Source of the DNA: an uncultured virus (IMG/VR IMGVR_UViG_3300022876_000185)
Lineage: Duplodnaviria > Heunggongvirae > Uroviricota > Caudoviricetes
Direction: 5' to 3' (one strand)
Length of the DNA stretch: 64,000 bases
Virus record (IMG/VR): IMGVR_UViG_3300022876_000185
Shown: positions 38,165-48,032 of the stretch, one piece after another
Position numbering within the stretch: position 1 is the stretch's first letter
Layout of the letters: every line of letters starts with the position of its first letter
Notes under the pieces: generated by a model
Database searches by the model: none
Seen by the model: only the letters and a program-made list of their open reading frames with translations
Told to the model about the DNA's origin: nothing
Program-made: the position numbers and the translations under genes

Positions 38165-38514
38165 TTTTTTTTAGAACCTATCGTTTTTTCAAGTAAATCT
38201 TGTAATGGCTCGATAATATCTAGTATTGGAAATTCCTCAAATGATTCTAGCCATGACAATGGATCTGGAACATCAGTATTTGCTGTTTTTGCAAATACCC
38301 ATGCAATATCGTAAAACATATTGAAATCGATGTTATCTCGCATCCAAACAACTTTTTCATTTTCTGACATGTCATCGAACTTTTTATCTGTAACGCCCAT
38401 GCTTAATATATCTTTCAGCATATCGCGTTGAAATTGCATCATGTAGCGTTTTGCAACTGCACCATTTGATTTAAAGGGAATTTGTTTACCATCAATTGTT
38501 AATGTAATTTCCAT
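38161..38514 (-). CDS. Tail assembly chaperone
   Basis: TIDGKQIPFKS...WLESFEEFPI; between the MTP and TMP genes. Confidence 0.85.
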   Translation of the reverse strand: MEITLTIDGKQIPFKSNGAVAKRYMMQFQRDMLKDILSMGVTDKKFDDMSENEKVVWMRDNIDFNMFYDIAWVFAKTANTDVPDPLSWLESFEEFPILDIIEPLQDLLEKTIGSKKK

Positions 38515-38539
38515 CTATCTGCCCTCCACAGTTCAATTA

Positions 38540-39115
38540 TTAAGGTGTTGGTACTTCTGTTGGTTCAAATACACTTGTATACCATGCATCGTACACAGCA
38601 GGTGTCGTTGTACCTGTAGTTGATCGTTTGACAACCCCATCTACTGTAGGAGCAGCAATGAATGATAACTCTTGTGTAGTTGGTTCTGTAGTTTCTGTTT
38701 TTGTCTCACTTGATGTTCCTGGACGGCTAACAGTAACGTTATACAATACATGTCGTGTCGCCTTTACGTCGCCATCAAATTCAAACATTAAGGCAATCGT
38801 TTTTGGCTTAGAATTCGCTGTTTCAGTAAGTACACCTGATGTTTCATCTAATTGATCGCCTAAAACATCTGTACGGAATTTTAAAGGTAGTTCAGCAGCT
38901 TCATATGTGCCTTCATAACCGTTGTTTACTGTTGTCGCATAATATACGCGATCATCTGCATAGAATTCTGAAGTTTCTCCTCGTGGTTCCAAACTTAATG
39001 ACACCGCACCAGGATATTTCTCTGGTGTACCATAAGTTAATTTTCCGTCTGCTGCTTCAGTTGCTACTGCATAATGAACGTTTTTTAAACCAAAGCGTAC
39101 TTTGTTTTCTGCCAT
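38540..39115 (-). CDS. Major tail protein (phi13 family)
   Basis: NKVRFGLKNVHYA, FYADD and ALMFEFDGD motifs. Confidence 0.9.
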   Translation of the reverse strand: MAENKVRFGLKNVHYAVATEAADGKLTYGTPEKYPGAVSLSLEPRGETSEFYADDRVYYATTVNNGYEGTYEAAELPLKFRTDVLGDQLDETSGVLTETANSKPKTIALMFEFDGDVKATRHVLYNVTVSRPGTSSETKTETTEPTTQELSFIAAPTVDGVVKRSTTGTTTPAVYDAWYTSVFEPTEVPTP

Positions 39116-39127
39116 CTAAATGACCTC

Positions 39128-39445
39128 CTAATTAATTAAAGTAATTGAATATGTGCATTTAAAAACTCCCTCGTCTCTGATGAATAATTCATCGTAAGAC
39201 CAAGGGAGTTCGTTTTCATTTAACATATCTTCGATTTTCTTTTCTGCTGTTAAATCTTTATTGATTACATATAGTTCAATATCAACATAATTGATTTTTG
39301 ACAAAACTTTATTGTCAGCACTAAATGTGTCGCCATCCACCACTAAGTAGCAGATGAAGGGAGGCACTTGTACTGATTTAAAGTGTGAGTAAGCTACTGG
39401 ATAACCTAGTGCTACTAACTTTTGTGCTAGTTCAGGTAACGTCAT
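39128..39445 (-). CDS. Tail completion/terminator protein
   Basis: GYPVAYSHF...PPFICY...FSADN; synteny. Confidence 0.8.
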   Translation of the reverse strand: MTLPELAQKLVALGYPVAYSHFKSVQVPPFICYLVVDGDTFSADNKVLSKINYVDIELYVINKDLTAEKKIEDMLNENELPWSYDELFIRDEGVFKCTYSITLIN

Positions 39446-39801
39446 CCTCTGATCGCCTCCTCAACACCTTGGACAAATTCATCAATCATTTCTTCCTCGA
39501 CAGGTCTAATGTGAACCTGTGCAGGCACACGACCTCCACCAACTTTTGCATGGCCTTTTTCAAGTAAATGAGTAAGTTGATATTCAATATTGTGGACGAT
39601 CCATTGATTACCTACCTTTTTCGCTCTCCACCCTTTTGCATATCGATGCCTTACACCAATAGGAGAACGAATTTTAAGTTGTCTCGCACCTTCTTTAGCG
39701 ACTTTTTCAGCAACCTTTTCTATATCTTCTCCAACACCATGAGCGTAGTTTCTTAGAGTGCGGTTAATTTCAGCAGCAAGGTTATTAATATTTGTTGCCA
39801 T
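39442..39801 (-). CDS. HK97 gp10-like protein
   Basis: YAKGW...YQLTHLLEKGHAK.GGGRV...HIRP. Confidence 0.85.
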   Translation of the reverse strand: MATNINNLAAEINRTLRNYAHGVGEDIEKVAEKVAKEGARQLKIRSPIGVRHRYAKGWRAKKVGNQWIVHNIEYQLTHLLEKGHAKVGGGRVPAQVHIRPVEEEMIDEFVQGVEEAIRG

Positions 39802-39802
39802 A

Positions 39803-40198
39803 TCATGACCGCCCTTCTACAACAATTGTGACAGTATTGTTCATATCATCATCATTAAGAGCACTTTTAACATCGTATACAACGCCATTTTGAACCACTT
39901 CAAAACTCGTATGTTCACTATCTATAAATTCAGCTAGTGATTTTGCATACTTTAATACATAACGTTTCTCGACTTTTGTTTGCTCTCTTCCGGCATCCAT
40001 TATTTCGCTACCTTTTAGCGTTTTAATCATGGCCCAATAGCGTCCGTAGTCCTCAAACGTTTCAATTTCTTGTAATAATTCATCTGTAGTCAAAGTGCGT
40101 TTACGAAGTGAAATCCGATGACGATACAAGCCGCTGTGATTGTTTTCGTTGTATCTAAACTGTTTCATCGACTTCACTACTTTCGAGTGCTTTAGCAA
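39803..40198 (-). CDS. Head closure (head-tail adaptor) protein
   Basis: YRHRISL...WAMIKTLKGSE; synteny. Confidence 0.8.
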   Translation of the reverse strand: MLKHSKVVKSMKQFRYNENNHSGLYRHRISLRKRTLTTDELLQEIETFEDYGRYWAMIKTLKGSEIMDAGREQTKVEKRYVLKYAKSLAEFIDSEHTSFEVVQNGVVYDVKSALNDDDMNNTVTIVVEGRS

Positions 40199-40457
40199 TA
40201 TTCAAATTGTTAAGCTGCGTCAAAAAATTAGTGTGGAAGTATTCAAGTGCATCGTTATAAGCATAGCGAGAACGCTCGAATACAAGCTCTTTAAAGACTT
40301 CGTGAGTGTTTATATCATAGTCACCACAAATGCGCTGTAAATCGTCGTGAGAAGCTTTTAAAATGCGTTTTAAATTATCGTCTTCATCATCACTTAGTCG
40401 CATTCTAAGTTTGAACTCTTCTAAGATTTCTTGAGTAATCACATCCACATTCATCAC
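40155..40457 (-). CDS. Head-tail connector (gp6-like)
   Basis: EDDNLKRIL...ELVFERSRYAYNDALEYF. Confidence 0.85.
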   Translation of the reverse strand: MMNVDVITQEILEEFKLRMRLSDDEDDNLKRILKASHDDLQRICGDYDINTHEVFKELVFERSRYAYNDALEYFHTNFLTQLNNLNIAKALESSEVDETV

Positions 40458-40663
40458 TCCTTATCTTTAGGAGTTTCTGTGACTTCCTCAATGAAGATTT
40501 TTTGATATTTATTTTTTGTAGTCGATAATTCTTCCAACCGTGCTTTAGTCGCCTTCTTGCCCTCCACAGGATAATTATCACCGACCTCATAAATATGTCC
40601 TTCATGTTTTAATTCCTTAAAACGACGAACCACTTTATGTTGTGCCATTCTATCCCTCCTCAT
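40454..40663 (-). CDS. Small head-associated protein
   Basis: YEVGDNYP...RLEELSTTKNK, a typical post-capsid gene. Confidence 0.7.
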   Translation of the reverse strand: MRRDRMAQHKVVRRFKELKHEGHIYEVGDNYPVEGKKATKARLEELSTTKNKYQKIFIEEVTETPKDKE

Positions 40664-40684
40664 AAAGAATTAAGACCCCTTAAA

Positions 40685-41860
40685 TTAAGGAGTCTCTGGT
40701 GCACTAGCAGTAAATTGAATGTTCAAGTCGTATACTAAAGCTGTTTTGTTATCGCGTGGACGACCATTTGCAAAACGCTTAATTGTATACAATGTCGCAT
40801 CTTCAATAGCTAATGTTTGATCGAATTTTTTAAGCTTATAACCACCAGCTACTGCAGCAATGTACTCCCCTTTAATGAAGAATAACGCTTTTCCTACTGG
40901 AACCTCTTCTGACTCAACTGTTTGGATGTTATAAGGTAATGAAGTTACCCATTGTCCATTAGCTGTTTGAATTGTGTTTCGGAATTGTACACCAATTGCA
41001 TCGACTGGATTTACAACCATCACGATTTTGTTCATTACTTTTCGTGATTCACCTTTTTCATTTGTAGATAATGCCTTAACAACATTATAAAGCTCACCTG
41101 TAACTGTTTCGCCATATTGTGAAGGAGCAAATGTTAATGTACCTGATGATGTTTTATCAGTTACAGCACCTGTATTTGCATCAACATTTTTCATTAATCC
41201 AACTGGCTCGCTATGAGCTGAACCACGGCCATTTAAATAGCCATACTCTAAACCTACTGAATATGATTCTACTAATAATTCACGAACATAACGCTCAACC
41301 CATTCTGGCCCCAGTTCTAACATGTCATTCGGAATAGCTGCAAAAGCAGTTAGTTTTAATTGAGTAATTTTTTCTTCACGGAACGCTGTGTTTACTTGTC
41401 CAGTGATTTCACCAAATAGTTCTTTCCACGCATAAGCCTTTGTTGGATCAGAATAAATAAATTTAGTTGCTGCGCCTAAATCTTGAATACCAATTGCATC
41501 TAGTAAAGGATGAGCTTTCGTTAAATCTTGGAATACACGTTCTTGAGTTGTTTCTGGTAAAATTGTTTCGTCTTTAAAACCACCATCTTGAACAACTGCA
41601 TTGAAGAATTTCTTTTCTTCAGATGTTAGAACATCATTTCCACGTGATAATAGAATTTGAGAGTCTAAACTTTTATTCGCTGCTTCATTTACAGCTTGAT
41701 TTTTAATTTCAACTGTTAAATCTTCAGCCAATGCATTCATAGCATCAGTAAAAGCATTGTCGATTTGGTCCTGTGTTGAATTTTCATTATCACGAACTGT
41801 CATATATGCATTTAGTTTTTCTTTGTAATTTTCCATTTTTCCATTTAATTTAATAACCAT
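40685..41860 (-). CDS. Major capsid protein (HK97 fold)
   Basis: ILPETTQERVFQDL..HPLL, KLTAF, ELGPEWVERYVR; N-terminal scaffold coil. Confidence 0.9.
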   Translation of the reverse strand: MVIKLNGKMENYKEKLNAYMTVRDNENSTQDQIDNAFTDAMNALAEDLTVEIKNQAVNEAANKSLDSQILLSRGNDVLTSEEKKFFNAVVQDGGFKDETILPETTQERVFQDLTKAHPLLDAIGIQDLGAATKFIYSDPTKAYAWKELFGEITGQVNTAFREEKITQLKLTAFAAIPNDMLELGPEWVERYVRELLVESYSVGLEYGYLNGRGSAHSEPVGLMKNVDANTGAVTDKTSSGTLTFAPSQYGETVTGELYNVVKALSTNEKGESRKVMNKIVMVVNPVDAIGVQFRNTIQTANGQWVTSLPYNIQTVESEEVPVGKALFFIKGEYIAAVAGGYKLKKFDQTLAIEDATLYTIKRFANGRPRDNKTALVYDLNIQFTASAPETP

Positions 41861-41888
41861 TTATGATTACCTCCGTTTTTTAAGTAAA

Positions 41889-42665
41889 TTAAAAGAACCT
41901 TTTTCGCTTCTTCTGGCTATCCACAGTTGATGGTGTGGCAGAAGTAGGAACAGGCTCTTGAGTTTGATTATTTGGTTTTAAAATATTTTTCAATTCATTC
42001 ATGATTTGTTGTTTCTGCTCAATTGAATTGGTTGGCTCGATTGGATCTTCTACAGTACCTTCAGCTTTAGTAGCAAAACCATATTCCACTGCTTTTTTAG
42101 CACTAAACCAAGTTTCAGCATCGACCTTTTGACGAATTTCTTCTCTACTTACATTCGCTTTTGTCATGTAAATGTCGATAATGCCTTCTTCCAATTCTTC
42201 AAGTACATCAGCTTCTTTTCGCATTGCTGTTTTAGTGCCCCAAACAATGTTGCTAGCTTCATGAATCATAAACATTGAACCTAGTTCCATAATTAATTCG
42301 TCTGCTGCCATTGCAATTACAGACGCTGCCGAACATGCCCAGCCATCAACATGGATCGTTACTTTTCCTTGATGACGTTTTAAGCGATTAAAAATAGAAA
42401 TGCCATCAAATGCATCGCCACCAGGACTGTTTAAGTTAATAATAATGTCATTGGTACCTGCATCTTTAATTGCCTGATCAATATCACTTGCAGAAAAACT
42501 ATCGTTCCACCATGAAGAACCTATTACACCATAGATAGTGATTTCACTAGTATTTGTTTCTTCATTATGAACAGCATTAAATTTTTGCGGGATTTCTTTT
42601 AACTGATTAACATACGATTGATTCTTAAACATTTTAAAGAAATCTTCTTTAGTCATTCCTCTCAT
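41889..42665 (-). CDS. ClpP-like prohead protease
   Basis: NSPGGDAFDG, ACSAASVIAMA, MIHEAS and ETWFSA motifs. Confidence 0.95.
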   Translation of the reverse strand: MRGMTKEDFFKMFKNQSYVNQLKEIPQKFNAVHNEETNTSEITIYGVIGSSWWNDSFSASDIDQAIKDAGTNDIIINLNSPGGDAFDGISIFNRLKRHQGKVTIHVDGWACSAASVIAMAADELIMELGSMFMIHEASNIVWGTKTAMRKEADVLEELEEGIIDIYMTKANVSREEIRQKVDAETWFSAKKAVEYGFATKAEGTVEDPIEPTNSIEQKQQIMNELKNILKPNNQTQEPVPTSATPSTVDSQKKRKRFF

Positions 42666-43807
42666 TCGTTTTCACCTCCTTCAACGGCTTCAGTGGATTG
42701 ATAGTTCTTTGTAATAACAAATTTATCTAACTCTGGATCATCAGAACGTTCAGCCCCAAACAATTCACGCACCTCATTTCTAGTAAACGCCCCTGAAGCA
42801 ACTAATTTATCTACAGCTTCGGAATTTTCGATTACACTTGTTTCTGTAACACCTTTTACTTCTATCTTGGAGCCTTTTAAGAATTCCTTTTTATCAATTA
42901 GTTTTGCATTGAGCTCATCTTCGATTTTTTTGACTAAAGGAGCAATACAAAACTTGATGTATGCTTTAATAGCTGTTTCAAATTCCGCCATATCTCCGTG
43001 AACTAAAGATGTAGGAATGCCTAGAATGTTGGCAACATCATCAATCAGATCACGTTTAACCTTTGCTAATTCTTCAACGGACCTGCCACCATTTGAACCA
43101 TCAACAATTTCTTCATAGTTAAAGCCTTTTAGTTTAGGTACGATTGCGAATGCATTCTGTCGAAAAGCTCCAAATAACTTGTTAATGAAATTCTGTAACT
43201 TCCCTAAATTTTCATTATCAAGCTTTTGAGTTGAATCCATTTCAGCAGTTGCTCGAATTTGATTAGCAAACATATTGGTTTCAATCATACGGCTAAATAA
43301 GTTTGTATAATCTTCAAACATGCCATCCATGAATTTCGTTAACTTTTCATTGTTGTATGTGATATGAATAACTTCATCCATATTAAATGATCGTTGGAAT
43401 GTGTAATCCTTTACTGTCACGCTTTTAAAAATATCTGGATAAATTGCATACTCAATTCGGTCAAAGCTATCTGCAATTAATAAATCATTATTGTCAGTTA
43501 AAATAACCAACACTTCATTTTCATGAAGCAATTTATAAACAAAATCTTGCCAGAAGTCTGATGCACTTTGATCTGTATTCGGCCTTACATTCAGCAAATA
43601 ATGCCAATCATCTAATTGTCTTTTTCCATCCTTCATAAACCGAAAATCAGACTGTGATATGGTCCTGCCTATAAAGTTAATACAAGTTTCTAAAGCCATC
43701 TTTTTTAAATAAGCTCGTTGACTTATTTCAATACCAAAGAAATCAAATTCATCAAACATCGTACCAATTTCTTTATTTTTATTAAGTACATCCTGTAGCC
43801 ATCCCAT
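42662..43807 (-). CDS. Portal protein (HK97 family)
   Basis: YLLNVRPN, VANILGIP and FTRNEVRE motifs. Confidence 0.95.
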   Translation of the reverse strand: MGWLQDVLNKNKEIGTMFDEFDFFGIEISQRAYLKKMALETCINFIGRTISQSDFRFMKDGKRQLDDWHYLLNVRPNTDQSASDFWQDFVYKLLHENEVLVILTDNNDLLIADSFDRIEYAIYPDIFKSVTVKDYTFQRSFNMDEVIHITYNNEKLTKFMDGMFEDYTNLFSRMIETNMFANQIRATAEMDSTQKLDNENLGKLQNFINKLFGAFRQNAFAIVPKLKGFNYEEIVDGSNGGRSVEELAKVKRDLIDDVANILGIPTSLVHGDMAEFETAIKAYIKFCIAPLVKKIEDELNAKLIDKKEFLKGSKIEVKGVTETSVIENSEAVDKLVASGAFTRNEVRELFGAERSDDPELDKFVITKNYQSTEAVEGGENE

Positions 43808-43822
43808 GCTTTCACCCCCTCT

Positions 43823-45508
43823 CTAGAAATTCAATGCGTTAAGTGCATCCAATGAGCTACCTACATCCGTTTCGACCACTTCATCGGCTCGATATATGGC
43901 GTGTACAAATGCTTGGAAGCCATCTGTTTTTCTTCTTATAGGTTCCTTTTTCTGATACTCTTTGTTGCCATCTTTTTTGATAACAACTAGTACATTGTTT
44001 GTGTACCAACGCATTAGAGGATTGTCCCCAAATATAATTTGACGATTGGCAAAAGCAAGCTCGATTCGTGGAGCCAATAAACTGTGGATGGCCCTTGGAT
44101 TTCGGATTATCTCTACTTCAAACCCTTCTGCTTCAAATAAAGGCTTTAGCACTTCCATTCGGAAATTATCACCAATAACTTTTTTGATGTCGTAGTAATT
44201 TCTCATTTCAACAAACCAGGAAACAACTAAATTCGGATCAATTGTTTCGCCCTCCACAACTGATAAAAGCCCTTGTTCTTCCCATTCTCGAATAGGTGCA
44301 AATTTTCGCTTTCCAGCCATTTCAGCATCTTGTTTCTTGGAATAACTATAGTACTTATCTACAAATTCTTTACGTGCATAAGAATGAGTTTTCCAAACGT
44401 AATCACCATTTTCACGAAATAACAAACCACATGCTGCGAAGTCTCGTATACTAGCAAAGTCAATGGCTCCTATAGCCTCTTTACCGTGTAAATTAGGCAT
44501 TTCTCGATTAGTTGCTAGTATTTCCTCCCACTTAGCTACAGATCGTTCTAAATCGGTTACTGGGCAGTTCATACGCTTAGTCATAAACTCTTCACGGTTT
44601 GTCGGATCGTCTTCTAAATCCTCGTACTCTTCAAAAATCGTATCGAATAGCCCTTGGGCATATTCACTACGAGGATGACAAAGCATTGGATTGGCCTTTT
44701 CCCAGCTTTCAATTTCATCAACTTCCTTTTCATCATCTAACTTACAGATGAAAGGGAATAACGCATTCGGCCGTGCTTCACCACTTAAAACCTTTATTGC
44801 TTTTTCTTTTTGTTTATCTAAAAATCCATCTCGAACATATCCATCAGTACCAATATAAAACTCACGTGGATTTTTCTTCTTTCCAAGCCCTGAAATATGG
44901 ACTCGAACATCCTTATTGCTTTCAAATTGGTGTATCTCATCGAATACAACGGCACCGTCACGCAAACCATCTTTTGTTTCTCCATTGGAAGTACGAAACT
45001 TTAATATCGAATCAGTTTTATTGCTTGTGATCTTTTCTTTTGTTCGATAAAACATTGATTTTAATATGCTGTTTCGACCAATAACATTGTAGGTTTCATC
45101 AAATGAAGTTTTGGCTTGTTCTTCACTGTTGGCAACAATCGAAACGTTGTATTCTCTAATACCGTGATGTGGTCCAATTAAGAAATGAGTAACAACAGAA
45201 ATCAAACCATTCTTACCGCCACCACGACCAAGCATCCATAAATGCTTACGATAAAACACACGGCCATTCTTTTTGAAAAATAAAAAGACGAATGCGATTA
45301 AAAACTTCTGAAACGGTTGTAAAGGGAAATACCACTTCTCACCGAATCGGATACATTTTTCAATCATATCGTCATCAAAAAACAAATCATCTCGAGTTAA
45401 TACATGCTCTCGCAAATATTCAATCAACATGATCCGTTCGTTATTAAGTTTGATTTGTCCAGATTCATAAAGATGAATGTATTCGTCCACATACTTATTG
45501 TTAATCAA
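43823..45508 (-). CDS. terL: Terminase large subunit
   Basis: GRGGGKNG Walker A, VVFDEIH Walker B, WEKANP, KTDGFQA. Confidence 0.95.
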   Translation of the reverse strand: MINNKYVDEYIHLYESGQIKLNNERIMLIEYLREHVLTRDDLFFDDDMIEKCIRFGEKWYFPLQPFQKFLIAFVFLFFKKNGRVFYRKHLWMLGRGGGKNGLISVVTHFLIGPHHGIREYNVSIVANSEEQAKTSFDETYNVIGRNSILKSMFYRTKEKITSNKTDSILKFRTSNGETKDGLRDGAVVFDEIHQFESNKDVRVHISGLGKKKNPREFYIGTDGYVRDGFLDKQKEKAIKVLSGEARPNALFPFICKLDDEKEVDEIESWEKANPMLCHPRSEYAQGLFDTIFEEYEDLEDDPTNREEFMTKRMNCPVTDLERSVAKWEEILATNREMPNLHGKEAIGAIDFASIRDFAACGLLFRENGDYVWKTHSYARKEFVDKYYSYSKKQDAEMAGKRKFAPIREWEEQGLLSVVEGETIDPNLVVSWFVEMRNYYDIKKVIGDNFRMEVLKPLFEAEGFEVEIIRNPRAIHSLLAPRIELAFANRQIIFGDNPLMRWYTNNVLVVIKKDGNKEYQKKEPIRRKTDGFQAFVHAIYRADEVVETDVGSSLDALNALNF

Positions 45509-45837
45509 ATTAAATCATCTTCCGAATACTCTTCTTTGCTTTTGCCCTCCACAGTTGATGCAGCAGGGGGCAGTCCTTCATCTACAAAGTTAAACGACTT
45601 CTCCAAAGCAATTAATTGAGTATTTATTTTCGTTTTATCTGTCATTGCTGGATGACTCTTAATGAAACGTTGTTTACCGTTTTCTATGATGATAGTGGAT
45701 CCGTCTTTTTCAAGTGCTTCATCACATTGCTTGTCGAGTTTAAGCAACTCAATATATCGCTCAACCTTCTTCACTTCCAGCAAATCATTTGTATCAATCC
45801 GACTCATCAGCTGAGCCTTCAAATTTTCTAAGTTCAT
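45505..45837 (-). CDS. terS: Terminase small subunit (P27 family)
   Basis: KVERYI...ENGKQRFIKSHPA; upstream of terL. Confidence 0.85.
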   Translation of the reverse strand: MNLENLKAQLMSRIDTNDLLEVKKVERYIELLKLDKQCDEALEKDGSTIIIENGKQRFIKSHPAMTDKTKINTQLIALEKSFNFVDEGLPPAASTVEGKSKEEYSEDDLI

Positions 45838-45844
45838 AACCTAA

Positions 45845-45952
45845 CCCCCTCCCCCCTCTCGCGTGGAAATAATAACCTTTAAAAATCTGGACAGAACACC
45901 CCATCACCGGTGCCCAGGTTTTAAAAAATTTCAAAACTTTTTACCCGGGGGG
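45845..45952. other. Probable cos packaging region
   Basis: G/C-run-rich spacer between HNH and terS (cccccccggg...caccggtgatggggtg on the minus strand), as in HNH-associated 3'-cos phages. Confidence 0.55.
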
Positions 45953-45954
45953 TA

Positions 45955-46302
45955 TTACCATTTCTCATCATCTCGCCACTTGTTAGGTTTACTGAATACT
46001 CGACCATGAATACGGTTATGGCAATCAACGCAAAGTGTTTCGAGATTGTTTATGTCGAGTGCTAAGTCTGGATGATCTTCTAGTTCTTTGATGTGATGGA
46101 CTACAAGTTGTATCTTCTTTCGTGTGCCATCATTGTTTAATTGGTTTGCATCATCGATACGAACAAAGCCATTGCGTTTACATTCCTGACATTCATTGTT
46201 GTCTCGCTTCTTTACTTCAGCACGCATTTGTTTCCAATCACCACTGTCATAGAACTTACGCTTTTGCTCGATTGATTTGTATTCTTGCATGATGCTAGTC
46301 AC
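45955..46302 (-). CDS. Packaging-associated HNH endonuclease
   Basis: RDNNECQEC...VHHIKEL...NLETLCVDCHNRIH. Confidence 0.9.
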   Translation of the reverse strand: MTSIMQEYKSIEQKRKFYDSGDWKQMRAEVKKRDNNECQECKRNGFVRIDDANQLNNDGTRKKIQLVVHHIKELEDHPDLALDINNLETLCVDCHNRIHGRVFSKPNKWRDDEKW

Positions 46303-46675
46303 TACCTTCTAATTGTGTTGGTAGTTCTTCGTTTGGAATGATGTACGATTCTTTGCACTTATCACAAACCCTTGTAACTGACGTACCACTAGGATAAGTG
46401 TGGTCTGAATAATCGAGCGAACCACAGTCAAACATCCATGTATTATCAATCGCATCCAACTCATCAGCCAATGCTCCAACATGCTTTGCGATTGCTCGTA
46501 ACTTTAATTGCATTTTGTCTGTGTCCATATCAATTGATACTGTAATACCTTTAGCTTCTTTCTTAGGTTTATCAGGTCTAATAGTTAAGCTTGGTTTGTC
46601 CATTGTTATCCCTCTTTTCATTGATGTATTTATTAGTTCACTGAAATACTGAGAGAAGAATTCTAAACTCATCAT
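46295..46675 (-). CDS. Hypothetical phage protein (degenerate Zn ribbon)
   Basis: C-terminal CDKC; true start probably 46603. Confidence 0.55.
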   Translation of the reverse strand: MMSLEFFSQYFSELINTSMKRGITMDKPSLTIRPDKPKKEAKGITVSIDMDTDKMQLKLRAIAKHVGALADELDAIDNTWMFDCGSLDYSDHTYPSGTSVTRVCDKCKESYIIPNEELPTQLEGSD

Positions 46676-46776
46676 TGTTCATTCCTCCACAATTCATAGT
46701 CATACTTGCAAAGTCCATACGATACACCAATTGGATTTCATGGCATAATAAAAAGCACCTCATTTGAGATGCTTAA

Positions 46777-47130
46777 TCATATCCACTCTACGCCATTTAA
46801 TTTATGCACTACTTCATTAACATCTAGGTATGTTGTCTTTCCAGTACGTTTCATATTATCGTCTAATAATTCAACATGAAGTTCTTGGAATTCACGTTCA
46901 TATCTAAAGATATAATAAGTGTCACCTTCGCCATATTTATCAATCACAATATCGTTTACTTCAATTGTTGGATACATACCATCTTTATCTTCTACATATT
47001 CACTTGTACAAAGCACATATGTCATTTGCCTGGTTTCTAAAGACTGACCATCATCCAAGTAATATTTTTCAACCGATATTGGTTTAATTGGTTCATCACC
47101 ATAAAATTCTCGCCACTTAATTTGTTGCAA
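46777..47130 (-). CDS. Hypothetical phage protein
   Basis: 117-aa ORF with GAGGTGA RBS. Confidence 0.6.
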   Translation of the reverse strand: MQQIKWREFYGDEPIKPISVEKYYLDDGQSLETRQMTYVLCTSEYVEDKDGMYPTIEVNDIVIDKYGEGDTYYIFRYEREFQELHVELLDDNMKRTGKTTYLDVNEVVHKLNGVEWI

Positions 47131-47146
47131 TGGTTATCACCTCATC

Positions 47147-47908
47147 TTAGTCTGCTAATGTTTCGGATATTTCATTGTTAAGATGTTCTATTAGATTATA
47201 AAAAGTATCATCTAACTTGTTAAATTTCTCTTTAATCTTTTTATTTTCATTATTCCATTTAGTAAGAAGGTCATTTGTTGAGCTTACTACTTCCCAATTT
47301 TTATTTGGAAGGTGTTCCACAATTTCTTTAAAGAAAACAAATAATTCCTTATCTAAATTACTTAACTTTTCAAAAAAATCATCACTGTAAAAAGATTCAT
47401 AGGAAAATAACACTTTAAACTTAAATAGTAAATCTGATAACTCGTCTATAGATTTCAAAGTTTTTTGAGGAAAAGCTGGTAAAAGCTTTATTTCTTTAAT
47501 ATTTGATTCCTGTTCAATTCTCTTTGTAAGGTAAGAATTAAGCTCTGTATTATAAATTAGATATTTCTTCCTGAATCCATCTAGATCATTAATTTTATTA
47601 TTTAGAATTTGTACCATTTCTAATTTTTTATTTACTTTTATTTCCCAAGCGAATTTACTTTTTTCTTTTTCATATTGCCTGTCTAAGACAACATTCAATT
47701 GCCATTTCGCTATAAAATATGCACCAAATGCTCCTGCAATTCCACCAAACATACTTAACAAGCCGCTGATTATTGCAATTCTATTAGGTTTTTCAAGTTC
47801 ATCAACACCAATTTGATATGCAATAATAGTAAGAATTACTACAACACCAATTGTTATTCCAGCCAATGCTATCAAAAATTTCACTAATAAGTTCTCACTT
47901 TTACCCAC
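47147..47908 (-). CDS. AT-rich moron, two N-terminal TM helices plus helical domain
   Basis: GGIAGAFGAYFIAKWQ TM motif followed by a coiled coil. Confidence 0.7.
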   Translation of the reverse strand: MGKSENLLVKFLIALAGITIGVVVILTIIAYQIGVDELEKPNRIAIISGLLSMFGGIAGAFGAYFIAKWQLNVVLDRQYEKEKSKFAWEIKVNKKLEMVQILNNKINDLDGFRKKYLIYNTELNSYLTKRIEQESNIKEIKLLPAFPQKTLKSIDELSDLLFKFKVLFSYESFYSDDFFEKLSNLDKELFVFFKEIVEHLPNKNWEVVSSTNDLLTKWNNENKKIKEKFNKLDDTFYNLIEHLNNEISETLAD

Positions 47909-48032
47909 TACAATACCCCCAAAATTTACTAAATTAATAGTAACATGAGCGCAAAATAAAGACTACACCCTTATCAATGAAATCCTACTTATGATCAAGT
48001 AATAACAAAAAGCCACACCTTGTTAGATGTGA

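Noticed and set aside
45955..46302. HNH as a mobile homing endonuclease or intron
   Set aside because: Size and position next to terS and cos match the packaging HNH of HK97-like phages.
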